Source of the DNA: an uncultured bacterium
GTDB lineage: Bacteria; Gemmatimonadota; Gemmatimonadetes; Gemmatimonadales; Gemmatimonadaceae
NCBI GenBank assembly: GCA_963978095.1
Contig: CAXBQP010000001.1
Location: 105,076 to 169,075 of the forward strand
Length of the DNA: 64,000 nucleotides
Direction: 5' to 3'
This document shows positions 57,607 to 64,000 of the stretch, in pieces (the stretch's first letter is position 1; each line of letters begins with the position of its first letter). A program made the position numbers and the translations under genes. The notes beneath the pieces are model-generated. The model did not search any database, was not told the DNA's origin, and saw only the letters and a list, made by a program, of their open reading frames with translations.

Positions 57607-59370
57607 ATGAAACTCATGCACGCCGCGCTTCCGCTGATGGTCGCCCTCCCGGCCGCCGGCGCACAAACCGGCACGCCGCACGCGGAGCCCGCACGCCCAG
57701 AGCGCGTGCGCTTGGCGGACAGCGTCATCGTGCACCGTGCAGACGAGTACTTCTCCCGGCTCGCGTCGCTCGGCCACAACGGTGGCGTGCTGATCATCCG
57801 GGACGGTCGAGTGCTGCTCCGAAGGAGCTACGGATTCGCGGACCGCGACAAGGGGATCCGCGCCGACAGCGCGACCGTTTACAACATCGGCTCCATCACA
57901 AAACAGTTCACGGCCGCGGCGATTCTGCGATTGGAGGAACTCGGCAAGCTTCGGGTCACGGATCCGATCGGGCGGTATCTGCCGAACGTCCCCGCGGACA
58001 AGCAAGGGATCACGCTGCACCATCTCTTGACGCACACGGCGGGGCTCGAATCGGATTTCTCGCCTTCCGACTATGAACCCACCACACGGGATGAATACCT
58101 GCGGCGGGCGCTCACGTCGCGCCTGCGTTCCGTGCCCGGCACTACGCACTACTACGCGAACAGCGGCTACTCGCTGCTCGCGGCGATCATCGAGATCGTC
58201 ACCGGCATGGAGTACGAGCTCGCGCTGACGGAGCTCGTGCTGCGCCCGGCAGGAATGCTGGAGACCGGCTACCGGGCACCGCAGTGGTCGGCCTCCCGCG
58301 TGGCGCATGGATATCAGAATGGGCGCGATTGGGGGACCATCGTCGACCGTCTCGCGACGCCGGGGTCACCGTACTGGGCGCTCCGCGGAAATGGCGGCCT
58401 CGCCACGACGCTCGACGATTTTGCGCACTGGGAACAGGCGCTCACGACCCGTCGCGTGCTGACCGATTCCAGTCGGCGCAAGTTCATGACCGGCTACGTG
58501 AACGAGGGACCGGCAGCGCTATCGCAGTACGCGTATGGTTGGGCGGTAACCCGGTCATCGCGCGGCACCCCTGTCGTGATGCACAACGGCGGAAACGGGG
58601 TCTACGTGGCCGAGTTCATCCGGTTCGTCGACGAGGGTGTGTCCGTGTTCGTGACGTCGACGAATGCCGCGCTTCCCGCGACGCCCATGGCGCGTGCTCT
58701 CGAGCACATCGTGTTCGGAGAGCCGTACGCGCTTCCACCCGTCAGCGTGACGTTGACGCCGACTGCCGTCCAGCGCATGAGCGGGCGGTATCGCCTCGCC
58801 GATGGATCGACACTCGTCCTTCGCGGTGGGGCGGGCGGACTCGTGGCCGAGGCCAGCGGCCAGCGTGCGTTCGTCCTGTTGACCAGCGGAGACACGGCAT
58901 CGAGCCGGGTCGCGCCGACGTTGAACCTCCGCGCGGATACGATCGCCCGAGCCGTGCTCGCGGGGAACGTGGGCCCGCTGGTGCGCGCCATCGGCGAGGG
59001 GGAGGACTCCGCCGCCGTTGCTGGCCGCGAGCGGGAGTTGATGGCATCGCGGGTCGAGCGATTCGGCGCATTCCGGTCCTTGGACGTGCTCGGCACCGTG
59101 CCCGCCGGGCGTGCCGAGCAGCGTACGACCGTTCGCATCACGTTCGAGCGTGGTGTCGCGACGAACCTCTACACGTGGGGCCCTGCCGGTTTTTTGATCG
59201 ACATCGCGGCGCAACCGTTCGCTCCGACGCCACTCCTCGCGATTTCGGAGACCGAGTTCCAGACCTTCGACCTCCGAAGCCCGTCCGCGATGCGCCTACG
59301 GGTCGAGGGGGAGAACCTGGTCGCGCTCACACCGCAGGGGACCATTCCGCTGGTGCGCCAGCGGGACTGA
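57607..59370 (+). CDS. Serine hydrolase (beta-lactamase/PBP-like family), secreted
   Basis: SITK (SxxK), LLTHTAG, YAN (YxN), HNG. Confidence 0.85.
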   Translation: MKLMHAALPLMVALPAAGAQTGTPHAEPARPERVRLADSVIVHRADEYFSRLASLGHNGGVLIIRDGRVLLRRSYGFADRDKGIRADSATVYNIGSITKQFTAAAILRLEELGKLRVTDPIGRYLPNVPADKQGITLHHLLTHTAGLESDFSPSDYEPTTRDEYLRRALTSRLRSVPGTTHYYANSGYSLLAAIIEIVTGMEYELALTELVLRPAGMLETGYRAPQWSASRVAHGYQNGRDWGTIVDRLATPGSPYWALRGNGGLATTLDDFAHWEQALTTRRVLTDSSRRKFMTGYVNEGPAALSQYAYGWAVTRSSRGTPVVMHNGGNGVYVAEFIRFVDEGVSVFVTSTNAALPATPMARALEHIVFGEPYALPPVSVTLTPTAVQRMSGRYRLADGSTLVLRGGAGGLVAEASGQRAFVLLTSGDTASSRVAPTLNLRADTIARAVLAGNVGPLVRAIGEGEDSAAVAGRERELMASRVERFGAFRSLDVLGTVPAGRAEQRTTVRITFERGVATNLYTWGPAGFLIDIAAQPFAPTPLLAISETEFQTFDLRSPSAMRLRVEGENLVALTPQGTIPLVRQRD

Positions 59371-59391
59371 CTGTCCGCGGCCCCGCCCGCA

Positions 59392-60099
59392 TTACCGGCG
59401 GACGGGGGGTGGTAGCAGGCGCGCGCGCGCGATGTAATCCAGCTTCGGCCAGTTGGCGGTGAGCCACGCATTTCCGCCGGCTTCCAGGGGCCCCTGCTTT
59501 CCGGTACGCATGCCGCCCCCGGAGCTCTCGTCGTAGTCCGAGAAGATCCGATCGACGACCTCCATCCCCTCGACGACGCGCCCGAACGGCGCGAAACCCT
59601 CGGCGTCGAGGCGCGTGTTCTCCCCCGTGGAGATGAAGATCTGCGTGGAGCGCGTGCCCGCGGTGGTAAAGGCGTAGGCGATGGTGCCGCGCACATTGCT
59701 GACTTGTCGCGGTTCGTCGGGGAGGACCGCGTTCTTCCACGGCGCGATGATCGCCGGATCGCCGTGCAGCCCCCACTGCACGATGAAACCCTTGCGTACG
59801 CGGAAGAAGCGCTGGCCGTCGTAGTATCCCGTGCGGACGAAGTTGTAGAAGCGATCTGCGCCACGCGGGGACCAGGCGCGCGTGACGTCGACAGTGAAAT
59901 CCCCGACGCTGGTCGTGAACCGCGCGCGGAAATGCTCCGGCGCGCGGCGCGACATCTGGAGGGTTCCCGGATTCGCGTAGGCGGCGCGCTGTGCCACAGC
60001 CGGTGCTACCGCCGGTGCCGCGAGGCCGACCAGGGCCGCACCGGCGAACGCGATCCTGCGAACGCGCCGTGTGAGCCGTGGTGCGCGGATCAGAACCAC
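59392..60099 (-). CDS. Cyclophilin-type peptidyl-prolyl isomerase
   Basis: F.TSVG.F, GYYDG..FFRV..GF.VQWG, N.RGT, TQIFI, FG.VVEGM.VVD; start uncertain. Confidence 0.85.
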   Translation of the reverse strand: MVLIRAPRLTRRVRRIAFAGAALVGLAAPAVAPAVAQRAAYANPGTLQMSRRAPEHFRARFTTSVGDFTVDVTRAWSPRGADRFYNFVRTGYYDGQRFFRVRKGFIVQWGLHGDPAIIAPWKNAVLPDEPRQVSNVRGTIAYAFTTAGTRSTQIFISTGENTRLDAEGFAPFGRVVEGMEVVDRIFSDYDESSGGGMRTGKQGPLEAGGNAWLTANWPKLDYIARARLLPPPVRR

Positions 60100-61889
60100 T
60101 CGTCCTGCATATCGAAGGGCACGCTGTCGATGCGCTGCAACAGCGCCGCATCGGACTCGGTCTTCGGGAGCTCCCAAGTCATCTGATAGCGCGCGGCGTG
60201 CAGCTTGCCGCGGTAGAATGCCGCTTCGCGCTTCCCTTCCTCGGTCGCGAGCGCCCGATCGGCGATCGTGGCCTGACGGAGCCAGAGCCACCCGTACACC
60301 GTGCGGCTCACGAGGTCGAGATAGATGTTCGCGTTGGCGAGGGCGCGCGCGGGATCGGCGGGCATCGCTCCTACGAGCGCCTTCGTGGTCGCGACCATCC
60401 GCTCCACGCCCTTCGCGAGCTCGGCGGCGAGATCGGCCACACCCGTCCCCTGCGCCTCGGCGATGGCCTTCTGCATCTCGCCGACGAGCGCCTTGAAGGC
60501 CGCGCCCTTGTCCTGCGTGACCTTGCGGCCGAGCAGGTCGAGCGACTGGATGCCGTTGGTGCCCTCGTGGATCTGGTTGAGGCGATTGTCGCGATAGAGC
60601 TGCTCCACCGGGTACTCGCGCGCATAGCCGTAGCCGCCCATCACCTGCACGGCGTTGCTGATGGCCTCCTGCCCGATGATCGAGGGCCAGGTCTTCGCGA
60701 TCGGGGTGAGCACTTCGAGCAGGAGCCCGGCCTGATGGCGCGCGGCCTCGTCGGGTGCGGTCTCCTGCTCGTCGACGAGGCGCGAGCAGGTGAGGATCAA
60801 CGCCATCGACCCTTCGACCGCGGTCTTGGCGTGTAGCAGCATGCGCCGGATATCGGCATGCTCGATGATCGCGACCGGCGGCTTCGAGGGATCCTTCTCC
60901 CCCGGGATGCGCCCCTGCCGACGCGTGCGCGCATACTCCACCCCGTGCAAATACGCGGCGTAGCTCATCGCCGCCGCCGCGCGTCCGACGCCGATGCGCG
61001 CCTCGTTCATCATGTGGAACATGTAGGCGAGCCCCTTGTGCGGTTCGCCCACGAGATAGCCCACGCACGGGCCGTGCTCGCCGAAGTTGAGCAGGGTGCT
61101 CGTCGTGCCGCGCCATCCCATCTTGTGGATGAGTCCGGCGAGGGTGACGTTGTTGGTCGCGCCCACGGTGCCATCGGCATTCACGTGCTTCTTCGGCACG
61201 ATGAACAGCGAAATCCCCTTCACTCCCTCAGGGGCTCCCGCGATGCGCGCGAGCACGAGATGCACGATGTTCTCGCTGAGCTCGTGGTCGCCACCGGAGA
61301 TCCAGATCTTGGTGCCAGTGATGTGATAACTGCCGTCGGGCTGCGGAGCGGCGGCGGTGCGCAGATCGGCGAGCGCGGAACCGGCGTCGGGCTCGGTGAG
61401 CGCCATCGTGCCGGTGAAGCGCCCCTCGAACATCGGCGGGAGCCAGGCATCCTTCTGCGCCTCGGACCCGAACGCCGCGATGAGATTCGCCGCCCCGGCG
61501 GTGAGCATCGGGTATGACGCCGTCCCGATGTTCGCGGCCTCCATGTAGCCGATGCTCGCCGAGGCGATCACATGCGGGAGCTGCATCCCGCCGCGCCCGG
61601 CGTCCTGCGTCCCGCCGATGAAGCCGGCCTCGGCCACCGCGCGCAGCGTGGTCTTCACCTCGGGGACGATCACCACCACGCCGTTCTCGACGCGCGGCTC
61701 CTCCTGGTCGTTCCGCGTGCGGTGCGGTGCGAAGTGCTCTTCGGCGATCTGGCGCGCCGTCTGGAGCACGGCGTCGAAGGCCTCGCGGCTGTAGTCCGCG
61801 AACCGTTCGCGCTCGACGAGCCGGTCGGTGTGCAGCAGCTCGTACAACAGGAACTCGAGATCGCGATCGTGAAATAGTGTGGTCGGCAT
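60090..61889 (-). CDS. Acyl-CoA dehydrogenase
   Basis: TMALTEPDAGS, GTKIWISGG, HKMG, MMNEARIGVG, QVMGGYGY, HEGTNGIQ. Confidence 0.92.
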   Translation of the reverse strand: MPTTLFHDRDLEFLLYELLHTDRLVERERFADYSREAFDAVLQTARQIAEEHFAPHRTRNDQEEPRVENGVVVIVPEVKTTLRAVAEAGFIGGTQDAGRGGMQLPHVIASASIGYMEAANIGTASYPMLTAGAANLIAAFGSEAQKDAWLPPMFEGRFTGTMALTEPDAGSALADLRTAAAPQPDGSYHITGTKIWISGGDHELSENIVHLVLARIAGAPEGVKGISLFIVPKKHVNADGTVGATNNVTLAGLIHKMGWRGTTSTLLNFGEHGPCVGYLVGEPHKGLAYMFHMMNEARIGVGRAAAAMSYAAYLHGVEYARTRRQGRIPGEKDPSKPPVAIIEHADIRRMLLHAKTAVEGSMALILTCSRLVDEQETAPDEAARHQAGLLLEVLTPIAKTWPSIIGQEAISNAVQVMGGYGYAREYPVEQLYRDNRLNQIHEGTNGIQSLDLLGRKVTQDKGAAFKALVGEMQKAIAEAQGTGVADLAAELAKGVERMVATTKALVGAMPADPARALANANIYLDLVSRTVYGWLWLRQATIADRALATEEGKREAAFYRGKLHAARYQMTWELPKTESDAALLQRIDSVPFDMQDEWF

Positions 61890-62815
61890 CAGTGGCCTCT
61901 GGACATGCTGCGGATGGCATTCAGCACCGCAGGCCAGTCTGCGGAAATGGGAGCCACCGGATCGAAATGGGCTGAATGGTCAAGCAAGACAAGCTGGGAG
62001 TCATCGCCTGCGGCGGCCGCCTTGGCCACGAAACTCGTGGCCTGACTCATCGGAACCGTCACATCCAGCGTCCCTTGCACAATGCGAGACCGCACGCGTA
62101 ACGGCACCAACTCGCTGGGCGACATGAGCGCATAGCGCTCCAGCTGTTGCGGGGGCATCCCGCCCATGAGCTGGGGGACGGCCGCGTTGCACCCGCTGGT
62201 TCCAGCATAGCCCGCGAGATCGGTGATCCCGTCGATGGACACCACGCCGGCGATCGGCAGGGGGGAGGCGGTCGCGAGGGGATGCGAGGCCTTGAACGTC
62301 TTGCGAGCCGCTGTCAGGAGCACGAGATGTCCACCGGCAGAGTGCCCCGCGAGGACGACCCGCGAGGTATCGAGTGCCCGAGTTCGTGCCATGTCACGCA
62401 CGAAGTCCACAGCGCGCGCGACATCGAGGAAGGTGTTGTCATACCCGCCGCCGGGATTCCCCACGCGGCGGAACTCCGGAGTCCATACCGCGAATCCATC
62501 CGCCGCGAGCGCCGCTGCCATCGCCGAGACATAGTGCGCATCGTATTGGGAGAGCCAGCAGCCTCCGTGGATCAGCACAACGACCGGAAAGGGCCCCTTC
62601 CCCTTCGGCAGTCGCAGTTCGCCTGTCTGAAGCGAATCTGGGCCATAGGCGAGGCGCGCGTCAGCGGCAGGGGCTGGCAGTGCCGCGACTTGGGCGAAGG
62701 TCAGCGGCTTTGCCGCGGGTGCGGGCGGCGGTGGCGTGGTGCCTTGGGCATCAGCCGCGTGAACTGAGGCGACCAGCAGACATACGAATAGGGAGAGCAG
62801 GCGAGGAAGGGTCAC
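61889..62815 (-). CDS. Secreted alpha/beta hydrolase (esterase)
   Basis: HGGCW, GHSAGG, D and H triad residues, signal peptide. Confidence 0.85.
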   Translation of the reverse strand: MTLPRLLSLFVCLLVASVHAADAQGTTPPPPAPAAKPLTFAQVAALPAPAADARLAYGPDSLQTGELRLPKGKGPFPVVVLIHGGCWLSQYDAHYVSAMAAALAADGFAVWTPEFRRVGNPGGGYDNTFLDVARAVDFVRDMARTRALDTSRVVLAGHSAGGHLVLLTAARKTFKASHPLATASPLPIAGVVSIDGITDLAGYAGTSGCNAAVPQLMGGMPPQQLERYALMSPSELVPLRVRSRIVQGTLDVTVPMSQATSFVAKAAAAGDDSQLVLLDHSAHFDPVAPISADWPAVLNAIRSMSRGH

Positions 62816-62930
62816 CGGTGGAAGTTCACCACTTCGTGCCGTTCTTGGAAGGTGGGTTCATTTCGGACCCACGGGTCCCGCGACCGTCGATTCCAGGAAG
62901 TTTCCACGGCTGAGGGTCGGCTTAGGAACG

Positions 62931-62967
62931 CACGACGGGGGGCAGCCATCGGCTGCCCCCCGTCGTG
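62931..62967. terminator. GC-rich hairpin, probable intrinsic terminator
   Basis: 17-bp perfect stem CACGACGGGGGGCAGCC/GGCTGCCCCCCGTCGTG with a 3-nt loop. Confidence 0.7.
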
Positions 62968-62990
62968 TTCTTTCGACCTGCCCGATCCGC

Positions 62991-63305
62991 TCAGTGGCTG
63001 CGGTCGGTCTTGTCGTGGTCCTCGTCGTCGAAGCCGAAGCCACCGAAGGCATCGTCCCCGCCGCTGACGCGCTCCACGTGGAGCTTCTGCTTGAGCGTGG
63101 TGCTCCCGACGGTCAGGGTGACGAGGTAGTCGCCCGTGCCCGCCGTGAAGTTCCCCGCCCCGCCGCCGGCGAAGGCCGCGAAGTTGCCACCGCGACCGCC
63201 ACCCTGCGCCGGGATCTTGATGCCGATGATGTCGAAGATCTTCTTGACCGCATCGGACTCGGCAGCGCCGCCGCCACGGCCGGCGACGGCGACGCCGGCG
63301 AAAGT
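62991..63305 (-). CDS. C-terminal fragment of a larger secreted protein; 5' part missing at the junction
   Basis: High-GC codon usage, Gly-rich linker then GDYLVTLTVG.TTLKQKL.V, an ending typical of large beta-propeller/glycosyl-hydrolase-like proteins; composition changes at ~63305. Confidence 0.5.
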   Translation of the reverse strand, partial: TFAGVAVAGRGGGAAESDAVKKIFDIIGIKIPAQGGGRGGNFAAFAGGGAGNFTAGTGDYLVTLTVGSTTLKQKLHVERVSGGDDAFGGFGFDDEDHDKTDRSH

Positions 63306-63311
63306 GCCGAG

Positions 63312-64000
63312 GTGCGACTTGAGGCTATACGAAATGCGCTGATTAATCGCGCCCTTCAGTCCGAAGTTCGCGTCCGCGGCATGTCGTGGGTTGATGAGTC
63401 GGGGCGCCTTCGTGAGCATTCGCTGATTACCTCGGACTTGAAAGTCAGAGGCATACGGATCAACGCGTATCTTGAAAACGACAAGCCACGCGAATCCATC
63501 GTGATCGATACAGTTGCAGCCATCACTTCGAGCAGGAATTGCATGCCGCCGGAAGCGCGGCTACGTAGACCTGCCCTGCTGAGTATCGATTACCAGCCGA
63601 AAGATGCTCACAGCGCGCAGTACCAAATGGCGCAAATCGCAAATGCCATCGAAAAGCAGGTCGGAGCGGAGTTCTCCAGCAATGGTATATGGCAACTACA
63701 AAAGCAATCACAACTGTCCGAATATGCCCAGGTAGTGAATCTTGGCCACCGGCAATCGGCCCCTTATCGGATAACGATTACGGTCAGCGAATCCAGTGGA
63801 ACTCAACTAGATCCGAATGCCTCCATGGGCATGTTTCACATGATTATGGGTCTCCCGAGACCTTCACACTCGCCTGAGTTAGCTTTGAGAATTTCGTTGA
63901 CGGAAACTAGCAGTAACAGAATCCTCTGGAACGAGACAACATCTCTACAACTGCCTTTAACAGCCGTTCAGATGCAGAGCCGCCAGCCGGATAAGGAACT
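63312..64000 (+). CDS. Hypothetical protein fragment, lower GC, open to window end (not in ORF track)
   Basis: Stop-free frame VRLEAIRNALINRALQSEVRVRGMSWVDESGRLREHSLITSDLKVRGIRINAYL... through 64000. Confidence 0.65.
   Translation, partial: MRLEAIRNALINRALQSEVRVRGMSWVDESGRLREHSLITSDLKVRGIRINAYLENDKPRESIVIDTVAAITSSRNCMPPEARLRRPALLSIDYQPKDAHSAQYQMAQIANAIEKQVGAEFSSNGIWQLQKQSQLSEYAQVVNLGHRQSAPYRITITVSESSGTQLDPNASMGMFHMIMGLPRPSHSPELALRISLTETSSNRILWNETTSLQLPLTAVQMQSRQPDKE

Noticed and set aside
57607..59370. Possible antibiotic-resistance beta-lactamase
   Set aside because: Generic SxxK serine hydrolase with an extra C-terminal domain; no class-specific evidence or mobile context
63306..63419. 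N-terminal part of the ORF-track protein 62991..63419
   Set aside because: It lies across the compositional junction and is antisense to the more plausible plus-strand ORF

Overview
High-GC bacterial DNA dominated by a ~47 kb type-II anoxygenic photosynthesis gene cluster (PGC, ~6.2-53.4 kb) with Gemmatimonadota hallmarks: pufB followed by two different pufA genes (double-ring RC-dLH type), a split puhA and a C-terminally extended PufM. Gene order: puhE-bchD-bchI(-) | crtF-bchCXYZ(+) | bchO(-) | pufB-A2-A1-L-M-C(+) | puhC-puhB-puhA2-puhA1-lhaA-acsF-bciE-like-bchM-L-H-B-N-F(-) | aerR-ppsR(+) | bchG-pucC-bciB-bchP-tspO-hemA-hemE-hemF-bphO(+) | bphP(-) | hemC-D-B-L(+). The cluster carries its own C5 tetrapyrrole supply line and a kinase-less BphP1-type bacteriophytochrome with its heme oxygenase. 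Its PpsR lacks the canonical HTH redox Cys. Paired PpsR operators can be read at five promoters, several overlapping -35 hexamers, but none upstream of puf. The flanks are ordinary housekeeping or accessory genes. The last ~700 bp are a compositionally different segment joined mid-gene, probably a contig join or chimera. All homology calls come from recognised motifs, not database searches.
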